This document shows positions 1-10,900 of a stretch of 64,000 bases of DNA, one piece after another. Position 1 is the first letter of the stretch, and each line of letters begins with the position of its first letter. A program made the position numbers and the translations under genes. The notes under the pieces were generated by a model. It was not told where the DNA came from. It did no database searches and worked only from the letters and a program-made list of their open reading frames with translations. The stretch comes from Pseudomonadales bacterium (lineage in GTDB: Bacteria; Pseudomonadota; Gammaproteobacteria; Pseudomonadales; UBA7239): the NCBI GenBank assembly GCA_028280345.1, contig JANQLY010000009.1, positions 43,402 through 107,401 of the forward strand. The letters are read 5' to 3'.

Positions 1-297
1 AAGAATGTCGCTGATCTTGATGCTGATGGAGACAAGGACATGCTACTTCAGAACGGTGGCAATGGTGCGATAGCAGCCGTCGAGATAGAGAATGGTATTA
101 AAGTGACAGGCCGCTGGCTCGGCAACCACGCTTATGATGTCAAGGGTGTGGCTGATGTTGATGCTGACGGTGATGAGGATATTGTGATGCAGGACGGCAG
201 TGGCAATATTGCATTGATTGAAGTGCAAAGTGGTATGAAAGTGGGTGGGGCAAGCTGGCTTGGTATCAATACCGGTGAGCTTAAACTGTCTCCTTGA
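1..297 (+). CDS. 3' end of a large secreted repeat protein (C-terminal WLG/DxDxDGD repeat domain), partial
   Basis: Frame 1 is open from base 1 (KNVADLDADGDKDMLLQNGG...WLGINTGELKLSP*) and aligns by eye with the C-terminus of 2227..7665 (...KVTGRWLG...YDVKGV.D.DADGD...WLGVNTGEL). Confidence 0.85.
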   Translation, partial: KNVADLDADGDKDMLLQNGGNGAIAAVEIENGIKVTGRWLGNHAYDVKGVADVDADGDEDIVMQDGSGNIALIEVQSGMKVGGASWLGINTGELKLSP

Positions 298-318
298 TAG
301 TTAATTAAGGAGATTTAC

Positions 319-361
319 CCGGCTCGCAAATATCTACTTCTATCAGATATTTGCGAGCCGG
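319..361. terminator. perfect 17-bp inverted repeat between convergent genes, probable bidirectional terminator
   Basis: CCGGCTCGCAAATATCT-N9-AGATATTTGCGAGCCGG between stops at 297 (+) and 392 (-); no strong U-tract. Confidence 0.6.
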
Positions 362-391
362 AATAACAATAAAGATTTATAAAGAAAAACG

Positions 392-1897
392 TCAGGTGCC
401 ACAAAAAGTTTGATAATACTTGTCGCCATCGTCAGGACTATCCTGATAAAGATGTGTTGTTGGTAAAGATTGATAGGGTGATCTTAATACTAACAGGAAG
501 TCTTTTATAGCTTGCGTGCTGCCACTTTCTTCACAATCTTTTAACACAGCCTCAACATGGTGATTGCGTGGAATAACAACAGGGTTGCTTTTTTGCATTA
601 GATCAACAGCAGATGAAGGTTCGATGTGTTTTTCTTCAAGAAGTTGACGCCATGTTGAATGCCAGTCGCCGAGCTTGTTAACAATTTCTTTACTTTTGCT
701 GTTTTCTTGTAGGGCTGAAGTGTTGCTTTCAATGTTGTTTTTTAAGGAGTCCGAGAGTGCGACAAAGGCTTGGGTATAGTCCATTTGTTGATTTTTCATT
801 AATTCCATTAATTCAACAATACACTCAATATCTTTATCTTGTGGTTGCTCAAACCCCAGTTTATTAGCAAACATGGTGAAATAGTTGGATTCAAAATCGC
901 TGTGAAACTGTTCCAATACACCTTTGGCTTTTTCAACAGCTTGCTTTTCATCTTTATCGATCAGCGGCAGTAGGCATTCTGCGAGTCTGGTGATATTCCA
1001 CAAAGCAATAGTTGGCTGATTACCAAATGCATAACGCCCGCCGTGGTCAATAGAGCTGTAAACGGTACCCGGGTCATAGGCGCCGAGCATGGCGCAGGGG
1101 CCAAAGTCGATGGTTTCTCCGGAGATTGCGCTATTGTCGGTATTCATCACGCCATGAATAAAACCGACACGCATCCATGCCACAACAAGTTCAATCTGTT
1201 TTTGCATAACGGCTTCAAGAAAGGCCAGCGCCTCGTTTTCACTACCGGCAATCTGTGGGTAATGTCGCTCAATGGCATAGTCGAGCAAGTTGTTTAACGA
1301 CTCAATATCATCGCGTATTGCAAAATACTGGAAGGTGCCGACCCGGATATGGCTTGCGGCAATACGGGTAACAACAGCACCGGGTTTTACATCTTCACGG
1401 TAGACTTCTTCACCCGTAGCCACTACTGCAAGACAGCGGGTAGTGGGTACACCGAGATAAAACATCGCTTCGCTCATAATAAATTCGCGCAGGGCGGGTC
1501 CCAGCGCACAGCGGCCATCACCTTGGCGTGAAAATGCTGTTCTTCCCGAACCTTTCAGTTGAATATCAACGCGTTGCCCATCCTTATTTAACACTTCACC
1601 CAGTAAGTGAGCACGGCCATCGCCAAGTTGCGGATTTAAATGGCCAAACTGATGGCCACAGTAAGCGAGCGCTACGGGTTCAGCTCCCTCGGGTAACAGG
1701 CTGCCAGAGAAATAGTCGGCCTGAAGATCAGAATTATTGCGTAGTTCATCGCTGAGTAATAATTGCTCAGCCAGTGTGTCATTCCAGAGCAGCAGACTGG
1801 GCTGCTGCGCCTGGGCAGGTGGGGCTGACTGGTAAAAAGCTTCACCGAGGTGTGTATAAGTATTAGAGAAAGGAATATCTGGGTCAGAACTACTCAT
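392..1897 (-). CDS. selO: SelO/YdiU family protein adenylyltransferase (pseudokinase fold)
   Basis: Motifs YCGHQFG, LGDGRA, QLKGSG, DGR..L...[19 protein letters not shown] and C-terminal TFCGT. Confidence 0.95.
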   Translation of the reverse strand: MSSSDPDIPFSNTYTHLGEAFYQSAPPAQAQQPSLLLWNDTLAEQLLLSDELRNNSDLQADYFSGSLLPEGAEPVALAYCGHQFGHLNPQLGDGRAHLLGEVLNKDGQRVDIQLKGSGRTAFSRQGDGRCALGPALREFIMSEAMFYLGVPTTRCLAVVATGEEVYREDVKPGAVVTRIAASHIRVGTFQYFAIRDDIESLNNLLDYAIERHYPQIAGSENEALAFLEAVMQKQIELVVAWMRVGFIHGVMNTDNSAISGETIDFGPCAMLGAYDPGTVYSSIDHGGRYAFGNQPTIALWNITRLAECLLPLIDKDEKQAVEKAKGVLEQFHSDFESNYFTMFANKLGFEQPQDKDIECIVELMELMKNQQMDYTQAFVALSDSLKNNIESNTSALQENSKSKEIVNKLGDWHSTWRQLLEEKHIEPSSAVDLMQKSNPVVIPRNHHVEAVLKDCEESGSTQAIKDFLLVLRSPYQSLPTTHLYQDSPDDGDKYYQTFCGT

Positions 1898-2226
1898 AGG
1901 TCTTTAGTTTATTTCAGAAAGCGAAAATTATATCAGCACTTAGTCTGAATTTAGCTAAAGAAAGATGTGGGTAGAATCATATTAATATTTCGCTAAAAAT
2001 GATCATGGAATTAGTAACAGTGAAATTAGAATATCTAGTTAAAACAATTAGTTAGGAGGTATGGCTCCGAGGGTACATAGCCCCCGGAGTTTCTGTTGAT
2101 ATGGCCGTATCTGGTGGTATGATGATCAACCAGGCGGCTTGGTATATCGCAGTATAAGGAATTGTCGCTATCAATAAATCTGTATTCAATAGCGTCTTTA
2201 AATAAAACGAGAAATGAGAGGACACC

Positions 2227-5200
2227 ATGAATCACGATAGTCGTTTTGTTACCCTGATTTTTTTACTTTTATCTTTACTCACTTTTCCTGTGTTGGCACT
2301 GGATACCGATGGTGACGGTATTGCTGACAGTCTTGATCCATTTCCCGCTGATAATACCCAGCCAGATCTTGTTGTTTATACCCTTCAGGGAGCCGAAAGT
2401 AGTGCAAAATTTGGGTGGAGTGTCAGAGCAGTCGGGGATATTGATAAAGATGGCTATACGGATTTTATTGCCGGAGCTCCGGAAGAGGATGCTGCGGGTA
2501 AACTCAATGCTGGCAGGGTGCGGGCCTTCTCAGGCTATGATGGCTCCGAGCTGTTTGCCTTTGACGGTGGTGCCTATGAAGAGATGGGTCGAGCTATTGG
2601 TGATGCCGGTGATGTCAACGCCGATGGTTACCACGACATTATTATAGGCACTTCAAGCTCGGATGAGCTGTTTACTAACGGGGGGAAGATACAGGTTTTT
2701 TCCGGTAAAAATGGTGAGCTATTTTATGAAATCCTCGGCGAGGGTTATAACGATTTATTTGGCTACGCAGTGAGTGGTGCCGGAGATGTGAACGGCGATG
2801 GCTTTGATGATTTTATGGCCTCCAGCCCCTATGACGGTAATCTGATCTTCGAAGGTGGTAGCGTCAGTGTTTTCTCCGGTGCTGATGGTTCACGGTTACA
2901 TATTTTTGACGGAACCGCCCAGGGTGATTTGTTTGGTTATTCGATCGCAGCAGCGGGTGATGTGAATGCCGATGGTTATGATGATGTTATTGTCGGTACC
3001 AGATTTGATGATCTAAACGGTAATAATTCTGGCAGTGCCCGGGTTTTTTCCGGTGTTGATGGTTCCTTGCTCTATCTGTTCAATGGAGATTTTGCCGATG
3101 ACAGATTAGGTCAGTCGGTTAGTGGTGCGGGTGACATCAATAACGATGGTTACGATGATGTTATCGTTGGCTCGGCAAATAATGATAACCAGGGTTCGAA
3201 CTCCGGTTTTGCGCGCATCTATTCAGGTGTTGATGGTTCGATTTTGTATACCCTGGAAGGAAATGCGGGAGATGCTCAGGGGGTTGCTGTTGCTGCAGCG
3301 GGTGATGTGAATTTTGATGGTTATCCTGATGTGGTTGTCGGTGCCGTCGGCGCAAATGACGGGAATAGCGATACCGGAGCGGTAAGAGTCTATTCCGGTA
3401 GTGATGGAGAGTTGTTGTACGAATTCTTTGGTGATACGAACGGCAATCTTGGTAGTACAGTTGCGGGTTTATCCCGCATCAATGATTTGTCTTTCGGTGT
3501 TGCTGCGGGTGATTCTGCGGCGGTAGAAGGTATTGTCAGAGTATTCAAGCTGGAAATTGATACCGATGCTGATGGTATGCACGATGCCTGGGAAGCCGCC
3601 AACGGTTTAAACACCAATAATCCGGCAGATGCAGCCGCCAATAATGATGGTGATGGTCTGACAAACTTGCAGGAATTTATCGCAAGAACAGACCCTGCTG
3701 TTGCCGATACGGATGGTGACGGCTTCGATGATGATGTGGATACTGTACCACTTGATGCCTCGGAAAATGCAGATGCAGATGCAGATGGTCTGGGCGATAA
3801 CGCCGATTTGGATGATGATAACGATGGAATGCCAGATAGCTGGGAACTTAGCTACGGTTTAAATCCCAATCTTGATGATTCTGCGGGGGATGGTGACAGC
3901 GATACACTGACCAACCTGCAGGAATACAAGCTCAATTCGAACCCGTTACTGATGGACACGGATAGTGACGGTGTTGACGACAATCTTGATGTGTTCCCCG
4001 CTGATGGTACAGAAACGGTTGATTTTGACGGCGATGGCATAGGAGATAATGCAGACTTTGATGACGATAATGACAGTATTGCAGATGTTGTTGATGTTTA
4101 TCCTTTTGATGATACGTTACCGGATTTGCAGCAGTACGATGTTTACGGTGCAGATAATGCAGAAAGTTTTGGCTTTTCCGTAAGTGGGCTCGGTGATGTA
4201 AATGGTGATGGCTATGCCGACTATGTTGTTGGAGCACCGAGTGACAAAGATGAGTTTGATGAGACCACAGGTAGCGCCCGTGTTATTTCCGGTCTGGATG
4301 GTACAGAGTTGTTTAAATTCTATGGTAATGATCCGGGTGAAAATTTTGGCCAATCGGTTGGTGGGGCTGGAGATGTTAATAATGATGGTTATATGGACAT
4401 TATTGTCGGTGCCTACAGGGATGATGAAGCAGGGAATGATCGCGGCAGCGCCAGGGTCTATTCCGGGATAGATGGTGCGGTGCTATATACCTTCTATGGT
4501 GCAGCTGATAATGATGAGCTGGGTTACTCTGTTGACGGTGCGGGGGATGTCAACGCCGATGGCTATGCGGATGTGGTCATTAGTGCTCGAGATGACGCCG
4601 TTGGAGATGATGGCGCTGCAATAGTTTATTCCGGCATTGATGGGGCCGTACTGCACAAGTTTTTAGGGAATTATGGCAGTGATTTCTGGAAGTCGGTCAG
4701 TGGTGCCGGTGATGTCAATGGAGATGGTTACGCGGATATTATTGTTGGTGCCTATGCAGAAGATAATAATGGTGAATCATCAGGTGCGGCCAGGGTTTTT
4801 TCCGGTGCTGATGGTGCAGTGCTTTATACCTTTAATGGAACCAATAGTATGGATCGTTTCGGTGTCTCTGTAAGTGGTGCTGGTGATGTGAATAATGATG
4901 GCTATGCAGATGTTATTGTGGGTGCTAATGGCTATGATCATTATGGCTTTGAGTCTGATTCCGGTATGGCTCGTATTTACTCCGGTATTGATGGAGGTAT
5001 TCTCTATACCTTTTATGGTGCTGATTACAATGATGAATTTGGCGTTTCCGTAGCGGGTTTAGGTGATGTGGACAAGGATGGCTACGACGACGTTATTGTC
5101 GGTGCGGCTTTTGCCGGTACGCCAACCAATGAAATGGGTATGGCAAGAGTTTTTTCAGGTGCTAATGGTTCAATACTCTACGACTTTAAAGGCGATGCAG

Positions 5201-7665
5201 ATGATGACCGGTTCGGTTATGCCGTCAGTGGCGCCGGTGGTGACAGTGTCGACGGCTTTGCCCGGATTATAGTTGGAGCATTTAACAGTGATATCAATGC
5301 CGTTAACGGTGGCCTTGCCAGGATTTACCGCCTGCTGCTGGATTCAGACCTGGATGGTATGGATGATGGCTGGGAAATAGCTTTTGGTCTTGATCCGCAG
5401 GATGATTCGGATGCATCACTGGATGGAGATAGTGACAATCTGACTAATGTGCAGGAATACAATCTTGGCACTAATCCATTGCAGACGGATAGCGATGGCG
5501 ATGGCATTGATGACGGAGTTGAAGATGCTAATCTGAACGGGGTTGTTGATAATGGCGAAACAAACCCGGCAAAAAGTGACAGCGATGATGATGGTTTAAG
5601 TGACAGCGCGGAGATCAATACTCATTTAACTGCTCCTTTGTTAGCAGACAGTGATGGGGACTCCATTCTTGATGGTGTTGAAGTCAATAACGGTCGTGAT
5701 CCTTTATCACCGGACTACCATATTAGTGCCGGGGATTATCATAACTGTGTGATTGATGATGCCGGTGTGACATGCTGGGGGAATAATGGCAGTGGTCAGA
5801 CAACAGCACCATCGTTAACTAACCCGGTGGATATATCAGCAGGTGCCAACCATACCTGCGCGATTGATGATGCAGGTGTGGTGTGCTGGGGAAGCAATGC
5901 CTCCGGGCAAAGTACCGTGCCGTCATTAACTAACCCGGTTCAGGTAGCGGCGGGTACTGCGCACACTTGTGCTCTGGATGATAGTGGCGTTACATGCTGG
6001 GGAGATAATTTCTTTGGTCAGCGCAATGTGCCTGCATTGGTGAATCCGATACAAATCAGTAGCGGTGATCACCATAATTGTGCGCTGGATGATAACGGCG
6101 TAGCTTGCTGGGGGTATAACGCGGATGGACAGACCACAGTGCCGTCCTTGTCGAATCCGATAATGATAAGTGCGGGCCGTCGTTTTACCTGTGCACTGGA
6201 TGATACCGGTGTGGTGTGTTGGGGTAAAAATGAATTTGGGCAAACAGATGTGCCGGTATTAAACAGCCCGAGCGATGTAGCGGTTGGTGGTTATCATAGT
6301 TGTGCAATTGACAGTGACATTATCTGCTGGGGTGCGAATGGCAGTTTGCAGTCGACACCGCCATCAGTATCTGCAGCCGGTGCGCTGGATATGGGTGAGT
6401 TTCATAGTTGTGCGCTACACGCCAGTGGAGTGAGTTGTTGGGGGAGTGATACTCAAGGTCAGGTAACCGTGCCGTCATTATTTTTTGATGCTGACAATGA
6501 CGGGCTTTCTAACAGTGCGGAAGATGTTAATCAGAATGGTGTGGTTGATACGGGAGAGACAGACCCGGCTAACAGCGATACAGATGGTGACGGTGTTGAT
6601 GATGGTACAGAGATTGCTAACGGTACTGACCCAACCGTGTATAACAAGTTCTTTGGCGTGCGCAGCGATGTTGATGCGGACAACGATGATGACCTTGTCT
6701 TCCAGAATGGTGTCGGTTCAGTAACCGTGTGGTTTATGCAGGATGCGAACAGGCAGTCTTCTGCCTGGCTGGGTGATTTATCGACGGCTGCGATTGTCGC
6801 TTACGCCGATGTGGATAATGACAATGATGCGGATTTACTGTTCCAGAATGCAGGGACGAGTGATGTTACATTGTGGACGATGCAAAACGGTTCCCGCGAA
6901 TCGACGACATGGCTTGGTGCTCAAAGTGGTTATACGTTGAGTTTCAGTGGTGACCTGGATAGCGACGCTGATGCCGACCTCGTGTTTGGTGATGCGTCTG
7001 GCAATATTATTATCTGGGTGATGGAATCCGGTGCAAAACAGTCGGCGAGCTGGCTGGGGCAGTGGAGCGGTCAGTCGGTTATGGCAATGGTGGATATCGA
7101 TGGTGATGGTGATGACGATATTGTTACTCAGGACAGTGGTGGTAATGTCAATGTGGTTGAAATGGAAAACGCGACAAAAGTAGCAGCTCGCTGGCTCGGA
7201 GTCTGGAGTGGCAGAAATGTTGTCGGTGCAGGTGATGCGGATAACGATGGCGATGAGGATATCTATATGGAGACCATCTCGCCCTCCGGCGATGTGATGG
7301 TGATTGAAATGGAAAATGGCCTGAAGGTTACGGGTCGCTGGCTGGGTATCTGGAGTGGTACTGAGGTACTGGCGGTTGGAGATATTGATAGTGACGGTGA
7401 TGCAGATTTGATTCAGCAGAATAGTGGCAGCGGATCTGTTCAGGTGGTGGAAATTGAAAACGGTGCCAAGGTAACCGGTCGCTGGCTAGGTACCTTTGCC
7501 TATGATGTTAAGGGTGTGGTTGATGCGGATGCTGATGGTGACGTAGATGTCGCCCTACAGGATGGTTCGGGCAATGTGGCACTGATTGAGCTGGAGAATG
7601 GCAGCAAGCTCGGTGGAGCGAAGTGGCTCGGTGTGAATACCGGGGAGCTTGTGCTGCCTGATTAA
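2227..7665 (+). CDS. giant secreted multi-repeat protein: two FG-GAP propeller blocks, TSP3-like DxDxDG linkers, RCC1-like repeats, C-terminal WLG-repeat domain
   Basis: Signal peptide (LLLSLLTFPVLA); many AGDVNxDGYxDxIVGA repeats; DSDGDG repeats; SAGxxHxCAxDDxGVxCWG repeats (~5716-6480); C-terminal repeats ending in WLG (~6655-7665). Confidence 0.9.
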   Translation: MNHDSRFVTLIFLLLSLLTFPVLALDTDGDGIADSLDPFPADNTQPDLVVYTLQGAESSAKFGWSVRAVGDIDKDGYTDFIAGAPEEDAAGKLNAGRVRAFSGYDGSELFAFDGGAYEEMGRAIGDAGDVNADGYHDIIIGTSSSDELFTNGGKIQVFSGKNGELFYEILGEGYNDLFGYAVSGAGDVNGDGFDDFMASSPYDGNLIFEGGSVSVFSGADGSRLHIFDGTAQGDLFGYSIAAAGDVNADGYDDVIVGTRFDDLNGNNSGSARVFSGVDGSLLYLFNGDFADDRLGQSVSGAGDINNDGYDDVIVGSANNDNQGSNSGFARIYSGVDGSILYTLEGNAGDAQGVAVAAAGDVNFDGYPDVVVGAVGANDGNSDTGAVRVYSGSDGELLYEFFGDTNGNLGSTVAGLSRINDLSFGVAAGDSAAVEGIVRVFKLEIDTDADGMHDAWEAANGLNTNNPADAAANNDGDGLTNLQEFIARTDPAVADTDGDGFDDDVDTVPLDASENADADADGLGDNADLDDDNDGMPDSWELSYGLNPNLDDSAGDGDSDTLTNLQEYKLNSNPLLMDTDSDGVDDNLDVFPADGTETVDFDGDGIGDNADFDDDNDSIADVVDVYPFDDTLPDLQQYDVYGADNAESFGFSVSGLGDVNGDGYADYVVGAPSDKDEFDETTGSARVISGLDGTELFKFYGNDPGENFGQSVGGAGDVNNDGYMDIIVGAYRDDEAGNDRGSARVYSGIDGAVLYTFYGAADNDELGYSVDGAGDVNADGYADVVISARDDAVGDDGAAIVYSGIDGAVLHKFLGNYGSDFWKSVSGAGDVNGDGYADIIVGAYAEDNNGESSGAARVFSGADGAVLYTFNGTNSMDRFGVSVSGAGDVNNDGYADVIVGANGYDHYGFESDSGMARIYSGIDGGILYTFYGADYNDEFGVSVAGLGDVDKDGYDDVIVGAAFAGTPTNEMGMARVFSGANGSILYDFKGDADDDRFGYAVSGAGGDSVDGFARIIVGAFNSDINAVNGGLARIYRLLLDSDLDGMDDGWEIAFGLDPQDDSDASLDGDSDNLTNVQEYNLGTNPLQTDSDGDGIDDGVEDANLNGVVDNGETNPAKSDSDDDGLSDSAEINTHLTAPLLADSDGDSILDGVEVNNGRDPLSPDYHISAGDYHNCVIDDAGVTCWGNNGSGQTTAPSLTNPVDISAGANHTCAIDDAGVVCWGSNASGQSTVPSLTNPVQVAAGTAHTCALDDSGVTCWGDNFFGQRNVPALVNPIQISSGDHHNCALDDNGVACWGYNADGQTTVPSLSNPIMISAGRRFTCALDDTGVVCWGKNEFGQTDVPVLNSPSDVAVGGYHSCAIDSDIICWGANGSLQSTPPSVSAAGALDMGEFHSCALHASGVSCWGSDTQGQVTVPSLFFDADNDGLSNSAEDVNQNGVVDTGETDPANSDTDGDGVDDGTEIANGTDPTVYNKFFGVRSDVDADNDDDLVFQNGVGSVTVWFMQDANRQSSAWLGDLSTAAIVAYADVDNDNDADLLFQNAGTSDVTLWTMQNGSRESTTWLGAQSGYTLSFSGDLDSDADADLVFGDASGNIIIWVMESGAKQSASWLGQWSGQSVMAMVDIDGDGDDDIVTQDSGGNVNVVEMENATKVAARWLGVWSGRNVVGAGDADNDGDEDIYMETISPSGDVMVIEMENGLKVTGRWLGIWSGTEVLAVGDIDSDGDADLIQQNSGSGSVQVVEIENGAKVTGRWLGTFAYDVKGVVDADADGDVDVALQDGSGNVALIELENGSKLGGAKWLGVNTGELVLPD

Positions 7666-7965
7666 ATCTATATACATCTATAGAAGATAACGAAATGATC
7701 AATCGATGGTGTAAGTCTGGTATGGTTTTTATGTCAGTGCTAAAAACTCTATAAATAACAAATGCTTATGATTGTTATCAAAGCTTAACGTTATTGCTTG
7801 AATGGTGATTGATTCACTACGAACCGGAAAAATATGGTATGTTTTGTCTGTTCCCTTGCTGTTGATGCGGTGTCATTGATATTGTCGATTGGCAGCCTGT
7901 ATCAAAGGGGAATTGTACGGTATGCAGGAAGAATACAGACCGGAATAAACATGAGAAATATAACA

Positions 7966-10900
7966 ATGAAAAAGCTTCAAAAGGTGTTGTCGCTTGCGGG
8001 TTTTGCCCTGACTTGTCTCAGTGCCATGGCTATAGATTCTGATCTGGACGGTATTGTTGATCAGTTTGATCCCTTTCCCAATGATATTACCCGACCGGGC
8101 TTTCAACCACTCTATGAAATAGACAATGCCGGTTCCATGGTCTCTGCGGCAGGTGATGTAGATGCTGATGGTTATGATGATTTTGTTGTAGGAAAATATG
8201 GTATTACCGGGTATGTCCGCATTTATAGCGGCCTCACGGGTAGCCTGATTCATGAGTTTGAGGGTAACCATGGTGATTACTTTGGTCGCTCAGTGGGCGC
8301 TGCCGGTGATGTCAATAATGATGGTTATGCCGATGTGATTGCCGGAGGGTATAGCAGCACAGATGGCCACGTCAGGGTAATCAGCGGTGCAGATGGCTCA
8401 CTGCTTTATGATTTAACCGATGGTGGCCCTAGTGACTATTATGGGCATGCTGTGAGTGGTGTCGGGGATATTAATAAAGACAATTATGATGACTTTCTGG
8501 TCGGTACCTACCGCTCTGATAGTGCTCAGCCTGGTGAGGCCTGGTTGTATAGCGGGCAGGATGGTACGTTGTTGCATGTATTTGGAGGTTTCACGAACGC
8601 AGATTATTTTGGTCGCAGTGTCAGTGGTGCTGGTGATGTTAACCAGGATGGTTACCCGGATCTTGTGATTGGAGCCTACCGATTTGGTCAGGGATCAAGC
8701 CGGGCTTTTGTATACAGTGGACAGGATTACTCTTTGCTGTTCGCTTTGGATAATGATGTCTGGTTTTTCCCAGGCTCGCTGAATGGTGCAGGTGATATTA
8801 ATAATGATGGCTACCCCGATCTGATTGCAAGCAATCCTGATGTCAATTATGACTACTGCTGTAGTTCAGGCAGGGTCAATGTCTATAGTGGTTATGATGG
8901 TTCAATACTCTACGATCTGCATAGAGAGTTTAACCAGCTGGATTTCGGGCAGGGCGTCGCCGGTGTTGGAGATGTGAATGGCGATAATTATGATGATTTT
9001 GCTATCAGTCATTACATCAATCTCAATGACTATGCGCCAGGTATGGGGATGGTGCAAATCTATAGTGGTAAGGATGCGAGTATTCTGTTTTCTTTTTACG
9101 GAACGCATGAGGATCGTGTCATGCTGGGTCGTTCAGTCGCGGGTGCTGGGGACGTTGATGGTGATGGTTATGCAGATATTATTGCGGGTTTTTCTGGAAG
9201 TTTTGTGAATAGTAATGGTGGCCTTGATGGCTTTTCTGTTTTTGGCGGCAGTTTATTATTGCAGTGGATTCAGGACGCGGATTCTGACTCGATTATAGAT
9301 GCAGTCGATAATTGTATTCATACGGCGAATACGGATCAGTCAGACCTGGATGGTGATAATACTGGTGATGTTTGCGACGGGACAATCTATGGTGACCTGG
9401 ATAATGATGGCTACGATGATCTGATCGTGGATAACTGCCCACATCTGCCAAATCCTGATCAACTGGATACTGATAGTGATGGCGTAGGCGACGTCTGCGA
9501 TGCAGATCAGGGTGGACAGGAAATTGTGATGTCACCAGGTACCCGAGTCTATGCAAAAGACCAGGATGTGATTGTGCGCGTGATGGATGCCGAGGCTGGT
9601 TACACTAGCGAATTGTGGTTAACGTCGCCAGGGCCGGCGCAGTTGATTGCCACCAACCGTGACGTTGACACCGTGGTTAACCTTGGCAAGTTCAATGATG
9701 GTGAAGAGCTGATATTCAGCATTTATATCCAGGAGACTGGTTATACCTACGCGACAGGGCCTGCAAGTCGCAATCCGGATAATGAGCTACATGCGGCAGT
9801 TTATTCTCCGCAAATTGGTGTTGCGGTGGTGGGCTTCGAGGATTTGTACGGAGGAGGTGATCAGGATTTTAACGACAATGTTTTTCGTTTTTATGGCTTG
9901 TCGGATAGCTATGCGGATACCGATAACGATGGTATCTCCAATTATCTTGACGATGATGATGATAATGACGGTGTGCTGGATATTAATGATGCATTTCCGC
10001 AGGATGAACTGGAGTGGTCAGATAATGATAACGATGGATTGGGTGATAATGCGGACACGGATGATGATAATGATGGTGTGATTGATGATATCGATACACA
10101 CCCGTTGGATACGACACGCTGGTTAGCTGATACAGGAATTCTGTATAACTTCTATGGTGATTATGAAAATTTGCGACTCGGCGAGCAGGTGAGTCTGGGT
10201 GATGTGAATAATGATGGCTACAGCGATATAGCTGTAGAGGGGCAGTATTCGTTTGTTTACAGTGGTTTGGATGGCAGTGTTTTAAAGGCTTTCTTTGGTG
10301 GTTACCGTTTCCATACTGTTGGTGATATTAATGCGGATGGTTATGAAGATTTGCTGCGTAGTTATAATAATAATGATGAACGATCAGTAGAGATTATTAG
10401 TGGTGCGGGTTACAGTATTCTCTATCAATATGCTGGCTCGACGTATGCCACTTCTACCAGTCACAATTTTGGAACTATCGCGTCAGCGGCAGCTGGTGAT
10501 GTCAATAATGATGGTTATGATGATTTTATTATCGGAAATCCATCGAACGACAGGACAGGCTACGGAAGTAATGATAATACGGGTGCTGCTTATGTATTTT
10601 CCGGCGCTGACGGGAGTTTGTTATACACCTTCGACGGTGCCGCTGCGGGTGTTGAACTTGGTGATGTTGTGAGTGGAGCCGGTGATGTTAATGGCGATGG
10701 TTATGATGACGTATTAATTGGTCACGATAATACACTGGAAATAAAGATTATTAGCGGTGCTGACGGTACTGAATTGTATACGGTGATAAAAAACCACTGG
10801 TCACTGGCTCCAGTGGGTGATATCAACATAGACGGTTATGATGACTTTATTGTTGGTGATATGCAGGATGATTTGTTGGGGCCGAATACTGGGTCGGCAA

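Noticed and set aside
7834-7950. N-terminal extension of the 1241-aa ORF
   Set aside because: The signal peptide begins at 7951/7966, so the upstream segment is probably non-coding.
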